A DNA stretch of 64,000 nt. Origin: Chiloscyllium plagiosum. Lineage: Eukaryota. Below the pieces are notes generated by a model that saw nothing but the letters and a program-made list of their open reading frames with translations, was not told the origin of the DNA and ran no database searches. How positions within the stretch are numbered: position 1 is the first letter of the stretch; every line of letters begins with the position of its first letter. A program made the position numbers and the translations under genes. Positions 38,031-51,554 of the stretch are shown here, in pieces. The stretch covers positions 48,327,549-48,391,548 of the forward strand of contig NC_057728.1 in NCBI RefSeq assembly GCF_004010195.1, in the 5' to 3' direction.

Positions 38031-38783
38031 TGGAGGAAATTGCTTTCGAGCTCAGCAACCCCCCTGGTGTAGCCAGTGTTGGACATGGCTCTTTTCTGGA
38101 ATCTCATCACCTCTGTTCCTTTCAATGATGGAAGTGATAAATTATTTGTTTGCCCTTCGGTTTACAATTAATCAAAGTGATTGGAGGAATAATCCACTTC
38201 GATTACATTCATCATCCCACCATATACTATTTGCGAAGTGGGATCAGGATACAAATAAAGATTTAGTAGAGAATTTTCTCATCTCTTCCCTCCCCTCCCT
38301 CCCGGGAATGGCACCCTTAAAGGATCTGGGAATTAGTGTTCGCTGCTTTAACCATACAGCTATCTTCAGTTATTATGGTCATTAACTTACTGAACAGTCT
38401 CGGAGCTCTACGACAGCAGGACCTTTGAGAGAGGTGGAACAGTTGAACATTCTCCATTTGGAAAAGCTAACATACCTGATACATTCTGAACACTTGTATC
38501 CTCAAAAAGGTTGGGGCTGTTCGGTTTGGAATATTACATGTTGAAATTAGAAATAAAATGCATAGAAATGCCATAACAAAAGGAATACGTTTAGAAATAT
38601 TTGGTCAGCAGAACAGTACATACAAAAAAAAGCGTATGTCTACATTCATCCGGTATAACTTTCAGTAAAACTAAACACAGACACTACAGGTGCTGGAAAT
38701 TCAGAATAAAAACATTGCAGGGAATAGTTGCAGGCCTGACAACAGCTGTTGAAATTGAATTGGAGCTAAGGGACTTATTTCTG

Positions 38784-38873
38784 GATTAGTGGTGCTGGAA
38801 GAGCACACTAGTTCAGGCAGCATCCGAGGAGCAGTAAAATCGACGTTTTGGGCAAAAGCCCTTCATCAGGAAT
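38784..38873 (-). mobile_element. Penelope-like 3' fragment with hammerhead motif
   Basis: Minus strand cctgatgaagggcttttgcccaaaacgtcga. Confidence 0.7.
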
Positions 38874-41249
38874 AAAATGCTCACTTGTTTTAATTGGCTC
38901 GTTAAGGACCAAGGAAACATTACAAAAGTAAAGCTAATTTTGAGTTGTTACCGAGAACAGTATTCATACTGGAGGTACACTATTAAACAAAGCTGACTAC
39001 ATAACTGCAGGAATTAATGTAAGATATAAAAATCTCACGTAGGAATGTTTACTCATTATTTACTTGCCATTGCTGGTTACATCTATACCGTTACTCGACA
39101 AAGGTACAACTTCCTTCCAGCCAATTTCTGACTTTGCTTTCGAGCTGACATAGTTAAAAGTCTGTAATGCGAGCAAGCTGGTTTATGCACTTGTTATCGA
39201 GGGGAGGTAAATCCAAAGCCATATTAAAACAGCTCCAGTGTTCCATTGTAAAAATATAAACATGAATCAAGAAAGCGGTGGATTAATCTGAATAAGCATG
39301 CAGCTGTTAGTTTGGCTCAGACAAAAATATACACTACTAAACTTACTGAGGGTGAACAGTTGATTAGACTACCTGTCCCCGATCACCAGGTCACAACTCC
39401 AGCTGGAAGTCCACGTGAAGGGTTTCAGCTGATCAGTGATGTCTATGGTAAGATTCACGCGTGAAGAATGGTTAATCAGGTGAGAGTCTCGAACGTGACT
39501 GATTTGAGTCATTTATTTTCGTCACAAGTTAATATCTGAAACTAGAACTGCAGAGATTACAAATACATGGGGTTGTTAGGCCCATTATGACTATATTATT
39601 CACTTTTAAAACTTTAGCGGATGAGTTGTAGCAAAAAAAATCTGTAAATCAAAATTAGAGGAATATCTAGATGACGGGGACATGACCGAGTATCTTCGCT
39701 TCCGCCAGCAGCTTACCTCCAAGTAATTCCGCTTCATTTGAATCTGTGCGTTCCAGTCCTAAAATTGGATGAGGGGTGATATTATGTTCATTGCCCATTA
39801 CAATCTCTTTCCATTCTTGTCTACGGTTATCGAATGATATAACCTTCGATCGTATTTAAGTTGGTTTGGAAATCTGGGTGACCTAGATTTATTTTCAGTA
39901 TATATCAACCAGAGCGAAGTGTAGAGCATACCATATTTAAGTGGGGTTAGGATTTTTAAAATGTTAATTATGACCCCATCAATTAACTAACGACTGAATA
40001 TTAAAGCTCGAGCAGCAGTTAGACCTTAGTTGGCACCAGTTCTCCCATCAGCTTTGTAGTCCAAATCATTTCAAATCAGTGACCCATTCTGGGGAAGGCG
40101 AACACAAGAATCAAGCTTCTATGATGCTCTCCATAGTCGAATAGCTCCTTATTACTCTTCTGTCCAGACATCTTGACGGTTGATTTCCTCCGCAGTATCA
40201 ATCACAGGTATTCAGGAATGCACGCAATAACATTTATCAGAGAATATCAATAACATTAGTATTTTCTTTAACAGTACTTTGCTAACAAACTTCAAATCAA
40301 AACCAAATTACCTATTTAATAGTCTGATATTAAACTTGAGCTTAATGTTCGTGCAGCTCAATTTCCGATACCAAGTCTATTAACTTCATTAGAGTAGCTT
40401 CCCCTCCGGTTCCGAACGAGGCTATTGGTTCGTGTCAGATTAAGTATAACGGCAACTTCCTTCAGGAATTAAATTCTAGGCTTTCACTGTGAACATTGAA
40501 CAGCACGCCCACTTCACATCTCAAATTCTTACAAACCGGAGATTTTCACCTTAAAATCGGCCTGAATTTAAACATGCAGCAAACAGGTCAATATTTGATG
40601 TGAATTTTGCATGTCAAATCAAGAGCACATATTTTCAGAATTAGGTAAGAGTTGCTCGGTGATGGGGAGGGGGTGAAGGGACCAGTGAGTATGGTGTCCC
40701 ACACAAGTTAACGAACTGATTTGGATTACATGGTATGGGGTAGATAACTAGATACTGGCGCAAGGTAGTGGACAGTATCACTGCACCACAAGAGCCCTTA
40801 ACAACCGACCGTTGTTATAAGTCACATTTGGCCAACTTTAACTCCATTTTTAAATGGACTTCAGATTTCATAATCTGCTATGATGGGATTTAGACCTATG
40901 CCTCTAGACAATTAAGCTGGGTTTCTGGAAGTCTAGTCCTGTGACATGACAAGTATGTCATCACCTTGTACATACACATTACAATTAAATTGTAACTTTA
41001 ATCATACTAATATTAATTGAAGGTTAGTTAATGGAAAGAAAACTGAAGAAATAAATGGCCCATTAGTTGTAAACTGCAAATAATAGCATTTGGGCCCAGC
41101 TGGTTATAACTTGTGTATCAATTTTGATGGGGGCATCTGTGCAGTGGTAGTGTCTCTACCTCTGGGACATCTTGGTTCAAATCCCACCTGCTCTAGAGGT
41201 GTGTAAAAGAATCTCTGAACAAACTGATATTCCTAAATTTGGTATTGGT

Positions 41250-41980
41250 ATTACAATAGGTGTAAATGTGTGGTGTGAGGAGAATGCAAACATACTTGAA
41301 GGAATTATGGAAAAGTTGAGTGACTAAGCAAAAACATAATGAAACACTGTGGATGACTAAGTGCAGGGTTTTTTTAAAATGGTAAGAGACTGGAATGTTT
41401 TCTTATGTATAATTAACAAAACTAATATGCAAGTGCAACAAACAATTAGGAAGGCAAATACGTGATCTGAGGAATTTTCATATAGATGTCTTTCATCAAT
41501 TGTATGGGACCTTAGTGAGACTGCACCTGGGAGTATTCTGCCGAATCAGAGGGTGGGACACGTAGGTTTACCATACTAATTTGTGATATCGTGCAAAAGT
41601 CCTCTGAGGTTATGAGGCCTGAATTCTGTAGAGTTAACAAGAATTACAATGATCTTGTTGAAACTTATTCTTAAAAGGGCTATAGGATAGGGTTTCCCAG
41701 GCCATGGAAGATGGGAACAGTCTCAGAATAAGGATCAAGCTAACTGGGACTTGGATGTGATAAGATTTCCTCATCTGAAGGGCACTGAATCTGTGGAGAT
41801 TATGGAAACTCTGTTATACAGTACGTTAAAGACAGAGATCAATAGTTTGAGATACTATTGACATTAATGGATTTATGGGAGTTACACAGAAAAATGATTT
41901 TGAGGTTGATGATCAGCCATGAACTGAATGACAGAACAGGCTCTTGGGGCTGAATAGCCCACTGCTCCATTGTTTCTATG
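41250..41980 (+). mobile_element. Degraded CR1 3' fragment
   Basis: ccttagtgagactgcacctgggagtattc (LVRxHLEY-like) and a CR1-like tail. Confidence 0.55.
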
Positions 41981-44559
41981 CAAGAGCAGGGGAGTGCTCT
42001 CGGGTATCCAGATCAATATTTACCCCTGAACCAACATGTTATCTAGACATTACCACACTCTAGACTGTGGGACAATATTCCATATAAACTGGTTGCTATG
42101 TTTGTTAAAACAATAACTTGCATTTCTTAAAAAAAAACTTCACTGGGTATAAAAAGCTTTGTGAAATTGCTACATAAATGCAAGTCCCTCTTTACCTAAA
42201 ATGTCGTTCTGTAATTATTACAACCAAGGAACTGCATCCACAGATACGGTCATTGGTGAAAGTTCAATTTATACAAGATGCCTTTACTAATTGAGAGAAT
42301 AACCATTTCAAAAAAGCAATTAAAATAGTTTGTTTGACTTACCTTGTGTTGTTGTACCTGCAATGTTTAAATGGCATTTTAAAAATTGGAAAAAAGAGAT
42401 ATTTATGTCGTCACTATACTTGTGTACCGATTTGGGTCAGCAACAAAAAAGGAATGCACTTATGTTTAAAAAACACAATGAAAGCAAAAATAGCTGGACC
42501 ATGATCATTTGTTGCTACAAATAATGCTACCTCTCACTTTTTTTAAAAAAGAAAGCTGTGCTTTTCTTTCTATAAACATCTTTTTAGCTATTTCTCAAAA
42601 TTCTTTCAACTTTGGAAATTGCACTAATCATTATGAAAATGTCACTATTGCCTGCTTCCACTTCATTGAAATTAAGAATTTTGTGAGAAAGTAATTGAAG
42701 GATATTGTCAAATTAAAAAAAAGTAAATGTGAGTAAGGTAAGTAAATGAGATGAAAGTAAAATACCTCATGAAATCTAATGAGGATAGTATAGAAAATTT
42801 ACATCTGGCAGTATCTTTATTGTGGCAGTCTCCATGACAGGGAGACTGAATACAATCCTTTCATTTAATCTATGCATTAATTTTTAAAATCTTTCCAAAG
42901 AGTCTGCAAGTTTTTGAAATTTTGATTTCAGGGTACTAAATTTAGTAATCAATTATGCATAGCAATCTTGAACTAGAGAAATTACACAAAGCAATTTAAT
43001 TACTAAAATTCAGTTGACATTGGCTTAGTGCATGGGAGATTTTAAAAAAAAAGAATAACATTGCAATCATTCATTCATTATGCCTGTTTACAATTATTGA
43101 ATTAATAGGATCAATTGAAGCTGAAATATTCAATCTGATTTTTGTGAATGATATCAAATTTCACGTTAGAAGTCTAATGTAAGTCTTTAAGGTGATTTAT
43201 TAAACTAGCAATTTGGATGTTTAATTTGTCATTACTATCCCCCATCCTGACCCTGCTTAAAAAGAGGTAAATTAATGATCAATGCAGTTTCTTAAAGCAC
43301 TCTTAATCCGTTGCTTCTAAATAATGTAACTAGGAGTACAAATGAAGTGATCTCTTCATTTTAAAACTTTTTAAACCATTTTACACTTACATGAAAATGC
43401 TATCACAGAAATTGAACATTTTACTACTTGCTAAACTTTGAAGTTTGAGTGCTCCAAGATTTGCTGGAATTCTTTCATGTTACAGGAACAGAAAGAAATG
43501 GACTGCAGAAATCAAACTAGGTGCATGCACTGAAGTACACCTGTTTATATACAGAAAAATTAAAAGGGGAAATGCAAAATTTACAGAACGAAACCACGAT
43601 TTGGACTGATGGAATTGATATGTTACAATTTTGTTTATAATAAGAAGTCCTGTGTGAAAAGTTTGTTTTTAGAAGGGTGAAAATTTGCTTTGGCCATTCT
43701 TTAATAATTTGACATCTAAATTTTGAATATTTATGCATTCTCAAAACACCGCACAAATATGACTTCAGGTACTGTTCCTGCAAGATGGGAAAAATAGAAC
43801 CATTTAAAGTAGTAATCTGACACAAAAGACACGGATATGACTGTTTACACCAGTGTGTAATACACAAGAACTTAGAGATCAATACTACTGTAGGGTATAA
43901 ACAAAAATCTAAGGCAAAAATCTAAATCTAAATCAAATTCTGAAAAGATGGATAAAAATTTTGCAAGTATTCAGTAAGGTATCTAGTTTCCCTTCTGAGG
44001 AAAAATGACAACAACCTACCTTAATTGCTCCTGAACTACTACATGTTGATAGGATTGTGTAATGCATACTAATGCCTTTTGTGGTTGAGTCTCAGTAGTT
44101 AACAGTTCTGACTCTTCAGTAGATGAGCACTAAATGATTGTATGGAGCAGTTAAGCAAAAGTATACTTAGTAAGTAAACATTCTCTCACTTCAATATTTA
44201 AAGCCCTTAATGTAGTGTTCTATGTCTCAAAGGATTTCTCAATCCCAAAAAGATTAGGGGCTATACTTGAGCTAAAACAGGCCTATACCGTTCAAAATAA
44301 TCATTAAAGTATAATGAGTGGCTGTACTTTCAATTTTAAAGATTCTCACGACTGTTTGTAAATTTACAAATGAAGCAAACAACAGATTCAAAACCAAAAC
44401 ACTTACCTGTTGTAGTACAATCTAGTGAGCAAAATGTTTAAGACACCACTCTTCAAGTGGACATTTCAACAAATAATTCAAAATTCTATCATTATAATCA
44501 ATGCCATAAATTAAAAAGACATTGTATAGCAATTTCAAATTAAAGGCAACACTGCAGTT

Positions 44560-45614
44560 AGGACAGCTTTTCTACTTTATTACAAAGAGAAGAAGCTTTA
44601 ATGTGGTCAGAAAATACAAGATTGATTTTTTTTTTAATTTTTTTTCCTATGAAATGCTGCTGTTCAACCAGCCATTGTGAATTGTCTCAGTTCACTTCCT
44701 GAAGTCCCATCATGTTCAATTGGGTATGGATGTCCTTGGCTGCTGAAAATCTGGCCCTTAAGTGCACAGGGCGACACAGCGGTCCCCTGCTCAGCAGTTC
44801 CCGAAATGTCCTGTTTTCATGTATTGCATCCATGCACACCTCCGAAAAATGAGGTACAGCAGGGCAAATATTTTCCAAAATAGATGTCATATATATAATA
44901 TATACACATTCGTACATACATATCTTTATTCATGTGATGTCCAAAAATTAAAAAAATGTACACTTTTATTACAAAATTGTAACAAAGACTGGACAGTGTT
45001 TTGCTCATTCTGGAAAGATGAAGCCCAGTGATACACAACCGTGGAAAATGTCCAGAGGTCGTGGCAATAACATTCACTTAAACAGTCAAATGTTCTTGCA
45101 TTTAACTTGGCAGAAATGCCATTCAAAAACATTAGGGGTAGTAAAATGAACAAATCAAATGCAGGCTGCTTATCTTTCCAAATGAAATACAAGGAGGATC
45201 TTCACATAAAAATGCACTAAACATTTTTTTTTTATTATTACCAGTAATGCTACAATGAACAATGCAAACTTTTTAAATTTTTACACTTTGGAAATTTAGC
45301 AATGAAAATGTTGTCGGTCCACTTGTCCTTTAGCAGAAAAAAATCTGCCTCTAGGCTGAAATTATTTTTTTGTGTCGTTTTTAAACATACCCTGCTCAAA
45401 ATAATAAAAAAAAAACAAAAAAAAAACAAAAAATACAAATTCAGTTGTGTTGGGCAGCACATAATTACTAAGGCAGGACTTCAAAATGTCGATCCATCCA
45501 CATGAGCCAATTGCCAGATCCTCAAAGAATAAAAACCAGGATGCCTGAGCCACTTCGGTTTCCGCAGTTTGAGTATTGTGCTGAGACAGCCATACCCCAT
45601 GAACAGTTAAGTCT
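44560..45614 (-). other. CNOT2: CNOT2 3' UTR with several AATAAA signals
   Basis: Repeat-free, U-rich on minus strand; AATAAA at 45231-45236, 44965-44970, 44925-44930 and 44576-44581. True 3' end unknown. Confidence 0.65.
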
Positions 45615-45701
45615 TTAGAAGGCTTGCTGAGCAGGGTTGTAGTTCAAAGATGACGGCAGATGAGGTCTCTCCTCTAGTTTATCATACTCCAGATGGAACT
45701 C
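45615..45701 (-). CDS. CNOT2: CNOT2 last coding exon (87 nt incl. TAA)
   Basis: tttcag|EFHLEYDKLEERPHLPSSLNYNPAQQAF*; the known CNOT2 C-terminus. Confidence 0.96.
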   Translation of the reverse strand, partial: EFHLEYDKLEERPHLPSSLNYNPAQQAF

Positions 45702-47084
45702 CTGAAATTGCAAAAAGAAACAGTCAGCCATGTGGCAGCAAACATCCATTTAAAAGGAAAACAAGATGCAGCATACATCCTTAGATGCCAACATCAGGAT
45801 ATAGATATACAAAACCCAATTTAAATTTAAAGAATGCCATTGGTGAGGCAAACTTTAGCGTGGAAGTAGTAGCTATAGAAAAAAAGGTAGAAATTCTATC
45901 AAAAAGGACTACAGTTCTAAAATGTCACATTAGTAGGGACCCAATATCAGAAACATTTATATACAAAGAAAAAGATTTTGGAGTTGTTTTGTGGAAATAT
46001 GCAACTGATATAATTTGGCAATGATTTGGGCCGAGGATGATTTAGAGGAGGGATAATAAAGGACAGGGTACATGTGATGGTGTTTCAATTGTGGACAAAT
46101 TTTGGATGGTTCAAAGTGAGGCTGATAGCATTGTCAAAATAGGCAAGCCTGCTGCTCTCAAAGCATATCCTAAGGTTTCAGCAATGTGGTGGCTGAAGTA
46201 TGGGCAGAAGTGAGCAATTTTATTGATGGAATTTGATAGCAGCTAGGTTGTTGTTGAATTAAACAAAGTGATTTAATAACTTGTTAGAATAGCATAAGTG
46301 TGTGGTCATGGAGGGAAATGAAAAAATAAGGGAACAGAGTTTTGGTTGGAAACTGAAAATTATTTCTCTGGACTCTCCCATCACAAGCTGGAGAAAAGTT
46401 GCTGTAGGTAAATAGTCTGAAAGTACAAAAATAGCAACTGGAGCTCATCAGCATATATCAGGTGTCAGACTTAACCCAATGAAAGTACCTCAATGATATC
46501 TATTGAAGGCACCCAACTTCAGCAGCTAGATTCACTGCAGGAATAAGGTAATGCTATACCACCGCAAGTACTGTCTTTTGAATGCAATGTTCGCCCAATC
46601 TCCCATCTAAGTTGATTTCATTCATCAACCAAAGATGGTCAAAAATGGATCATCAAGCTATTTAACTCTATTTGTAGAATCTCAAGTAACTAGTTTTACT
46701 ACATTTCCAAAGCACTATTTTGGCTAAAAGTACTTGGAATCCTGAAGTCGTGAAAGACACTATATAAAATGAGTGTGAAAATCTATCAGTGGATGAGGTC
46801 TCAGATGTGCATCAAATAGATCGAAGAGTAACAATGAACAGATTTGAGGGAATCCTGAATATGATGGGCCTGGGGATAGGAAATAAAGCTTAAGAAAACA
46901 GCTTGCATTTTATAGACATTATTAAACATCTCTGCACACATTCAATTTCTGAATTATTGGCATTCACAGCATACTCCATTGCAACAAAATAGTCCTCTTA
47001 GAAACTTTTGTTAAAATTAGTGATCTGTTCTGTCCTACTCACTACAACAACAAACACGATGATACATTATAACAAGTACACATT

Positions 47085-47320
47085 ATTCTTTGAATTAAAG
47101 CAAGCATTTGAGTAATTCTGAAGACATTTTGTCAAAGCTTTTCATCAGGACAATTCACTATATATTAATTCAAGGGGAAAGCCAACATTTATATTGCATG
47201 AGAGTCTCTTTTCTCCTCATGAAGTATAAATGTTGACTTCCCCTTGAATTGGTATTCTTATGAATTGTCCTGATGAGTACATGATGAAAAGCTTTAATAA
47301 AATGTTTGTTCACAGAAAAT
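47085..47320. mobile_element. Inverted-arm element with hammerhead motifs (family 3)
   Basis: aaagcttttcatcaggacaattca versus tgaattgtcctgatgagtacatgatgaaaagcttt; a related copy lies near 50040-50510. Confidence 0.6.
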
Positions 47321-47329
47321 TGAAATTCT

Positions 47330-47845
47330 GAGTCTCCTTGCTCTGAGAAAAATGCTGTGAAGCTTGAAAGGGTTCTGAAAAGATTTACAAGGATGTTGCT
47401 GGGATTGGAGAGTTTGAGCAATTGGAGAGGTTGAACTGGGTGGGGCTTTTTTCCCCATGGAGCGACAGAGGCTGAGGGGTGACTTTTGTAGAGGTTTAAA
47501 AAAATCATGAAGGGCGAATAAACATTGTCTTTTTTTCCAGGGTAGCAGAGTCCAAAACTAGAGGGCATAGGCTTAAGGTGAGAGGGGAAAGATTTAAATG
47601 TGACCTCAAGAGCAACATTTTCATGCAGAGGGTGGTGCATGTATGGAAAGAGTTGCCAGAGGAAGTGGTGAAGCTGGTACAATTACAACAGTTAAAAGGC
47701 ATCTGGATGTGTACATGAATAGGAAGGGCTGAGAGGAATATGGGCCAAACACTGGCAAATGGGACTAGATTAATTTAGAATATCTGGTCAGCATGGATGA
47801 GTTGGACTGAAAAGTCATTTTCCACGCTGTGTAACTCTGATTCCA
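47330..47845 (+). mobile_element. CR1 LINE 3' fragment
   Basis: agatttacaaggatgttgc...gaggctgaggggtgac...gttggactgaaa tail. Confidence 0.85.
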
Positions 47846-50800
47846 TTACTGTACTACCAAATTATGTTTTGTTAGTATTGCATTTTAAAGATAATTCCAT
47901 TGTACTAAAATGATGATTTTCCTTTCAAAATATCATGTATAATCACCAACATATGATTTTCTTGCCATTTTGGAGAGTTCATTCTATAGAGGGAAGGATT
48001 TTCAATGTGGTGAAAACTCAATGGAACAGATGGTGTTTGGCATTAACAGTGATGGATTGATATTGCCACAGTGCTTGATTAAAGCAGTCAGAGTAATTTT
48101 AAAAATGGTTTATATTATCTCTTCAAATTGAACACAGATCCACAAATTACTACACAATGCTTTTAGGTAATCCAAAGCTATTTCATGGGAATCTGGAACT
48201 TGTGATCAGAAATTCATTGAAAAAGGAAAGACCTATAATTTCAGTAAACATTGGTTGACTGCACATGCCTTCACTGATAAAGATCCAGTGCCTGAAGTAT
48301 ACTGCAACTGCCAACTCTGATTTATACTACTTGATCTGTAGAGGGCTGTCTCCTAGATCGAAGGCTACAGATATAATTCACACAACAGTCAAATTTTAAA
48401 AAAACTTTTGGTCTCAGAATTTTGTTTTCCTTAAACTCTAAAAAGATTTTCTAATATTTTAATATGCAAACTATTTAATTCTAACTAATAGAGCTAACTG
48501 AAATAAAACTATTTCAATGGTTTGTGAAAACTTCAATAAATTATCCCTTTACTGCAAATATATACACAACTTTGAAAATGTGAATAAAAGGTGCTGAGTT
48601 ATACTAGATGCTGGTATTGTTGTTTGATCAGTGAAACAAAAGCTTTGTATGACACTCCAATGCATTCTGAAGACTTACTCAGTAGCTGCCAAATTCCACA
48701 GAACTTTTCATTATCCTGCCAGCTGTTTATTACAAAACATTAATATTTTAGCGTGGAGATCAGTTAGTTGACTACTGGAGAGTTGCAAAATGTTGTTATA
48801 CTTTAACCAATCTAAAACTGAAGCTGTGCACAACTTTGAAAGAAAGCTGATTCGCTCCCAACTTTTTTTCTGGGTAACAACAAATATATTGCACTTCCTA
48901 AACTGGGCAGGTGCTGAATGTGTGGTATAAATCAGCCTTTAAGATATTCTCATTATCATTACCAACATGTCAGCTTTCTTCTTTTGAACTGTATGGAATT
49001 TGCAGCACAACAGTTTAGTTTTCATTGGTCAGACACTGAAATTGGGGACTCATGTGAAAACAGTATGCTTGTAGGGACAGACAGCTATTTTTGCTTTGAT
49101 TATATTGGGCATCTAGATTTTAAGTAATACTTTGGAGATCTGATCCTGGTGATTCAATCCATTTTCTGCTTTAAATGCAATATCAAAACTATGCCTCTAG
49201 CCAAAAGTCAATTGAGTAAGTCTTTTAGATAGCAACATGATCTGCATTTGACATGAAGTGCAAAACCCAATGTGTGACATTTAAGTAGTTTGAAATACGC
49301 CATCACAATCAGCATAAGTAAAATACTTTGCAATTACCTCCATGTACAGCTGAATTTCTATTTTTATTTTTCAATATTTAGGTAAATAATTTGATGTTTT
49401 TAAAACTCTTTTGTGCTGTTCTGGAGTTGTTCTTGAACCTGGATCTTCTGGTACTGAAGGTGATTGGCCACATTGTAATTATTGGCCTACTCCCCACAAT
49501 AAGCTAACAGTCAGATAAAGTTAAATTGCCGAGACAGGCTCAAGTGTTTTCTCTTCAACAAATCAGGATCAGATAAGGTTATGCAATCAGCCAGTGGCAA
49601 AAGACAAATAACTCCAAATTATCCCTCTCAATGAACAGAAGAATTTAAACATGACTGGATTGGGTTGGGATATCTGGTCAGCATGGACAAGTTGGACCGA
49701 AGGGTCTGTTTCCGTGCTGGACGTCTCTATGAGCCTAGATATAGATTCATAGAGTCAATGTGAAACAGGAGGATGGAGGAATCACAAGAAAATTATGGAA
49801 ACATTATTAAAAAGTTTGAAAGAAAAAGTAAAAATGCAATCTAAGTAATTAGTACCAACTTAAAAACAGAAATTGTTGCAGAACTTCAACAGGTCTGGTA
49901 TCATCTATGGAGAGAAAGCAAAGTAAATGCTAACTCTGCTTACTCTCCACAGATGCTGCCAGACCTGCTGAGATTCTCCAGCAATTTGTTTTCGTTTTAG
50001 ATTTCCAGCATCTGCAGTCTTTGTTTCATATTAACTTAAATATTGTTGAAAAAAGATACACCTTGTAATAGATATCCATTTAGCACTCATCAGGATATTT
50101 ATAAGAATACTAAAGTAAAAGGGAATAATACTTTATACTGTATGAGAAGTGTTGGCAACTGGACTCTGATCAGCAGAGATATTGCCATGGAGACTGCATC
50201 AGTTAGATAGGAACATAGAAAATAGGAGAAGTAGGTAATTCAATATGATCATGTACTCTCATCCTCCTTCTCCCTTTATCCTTTGACTAATAAACAAAGC
50301 TTAGCAGTTGACTAAGTTTAAACCAGGCATGTTGACTCTGGTCAAAACCTAACTGGTGCATTCTATTTGGCAGGTGCAGTCCACTTGCCAAGAAATCTGC
50401 ACTCTCTTCTCATTATATAATATTGCTCCCCTTCAAACTGGTATTCTTGCAAATGTGATAAATGCATGACCCAAACTTTATTAATTTGTCTTTTTCAGCA
50501 ATACTAAAGTTCTGTTTAGTATCCTTACATAAAACTGAGCACAAGGGGGCAGATAAAATGGGTCTGGGTGAAATATGAATACAGACTATGTTCCATTATA
50601 CAGGTCTTGTTTAACTTGCAAAAATAACATTTATATCTTGTAGCCAACTATCAGTAGATTCATTGTAATATTGTCACTACAATTTAGCATGAAATGACAC
50701 CGAATAAAAGCAGGCTAATGTAATAAAATCAATTGACTAAAATCAGTTACTGCATAGTTACAGTAAGCCAATCACACCCTTCTACGCTGCACATTTGGGT

Positions 50801-51116
50801 CTAGAGTGCATGAGATGAAGTCTTCAAAAAGATAATAGCCTTGAGAGTACAGAAGGTGCTACAGCATTCAACAGTCTCAAGGGTTAAAACAACAGCACAC
50901 AAATTTAGGCTATTTCAGCTATCTTTATTATTGAGAACCACAGACCAAATTTGCTGGGCAGAAAATACACAATGTTGTATACAAAACACATTGGTTGTTT
51001 CCAGCAAACAGATGATACGTAATCTCAAGGAAACATCAAGTTAGTAATTTATCTGGCTCCTTTACAATCAAATAATTTCTGTATTATATAAAATCCAGTA
51101 GCGCATCAGCTCTTAC

Positions 51117-51261
51117 TTTAGCAACCTTTCTCCAGTTAAGACAGTCAAAGAAATAGTATGTCCCCCTTTCATAGGTGTTGGTCTTTACTGTTGGCTCCAT
51201 TCCTGGGGCCCTGGTGATCCAGACTCGCTCTTCTTTGTGGTACCTCCAGTCTCGGTTAAAT
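51117..51261 (-). CDS. CNOT2: CNOT2 coding exon (145 nt), NOT-box
   Basis: ggtag|(L)FNRDWRYHKEERVWITRAPGMEPTVKTNTYERGTYYFFDCLNWRKVAK|gtaaga. Confidence 0.97.
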
Positions 51262-51453
51262 CTACCATTTATAACAAGAAAAATATTGTGAGAAAAGACA
51301 CAAGTATTAATTAAGTTAAACCACATCCAACAAACAAACTGCTGCATGACAACTTTTTTTTAAAATTGTAAATAAGGATCAATAGAATTTAATGTCAGTT
51401 AGGCCACAGAAAATTTTCATTCAAATAAAGTGATACATTTAAAAAGGACATAC

Positions 51454-51554
51454 AACTCTACTGCTGCAAGTAACTGCAAGACATCTCCTCCATTCATGTA
51501 GTATAGATAGAAAAGGAGGTCCTCTCCATAGCGGGCAAGTTTTATTGCAGCGAG
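51454..51554 (-). CDS. CNOT2: CNOT2 coding exon (101 nt), NOT-box
   Basis: ttacag|LAAIKLARYGEDLLFYLYYMNGGDVLQLLAAVE+TT|gtatgt. Confidence 0.96.
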
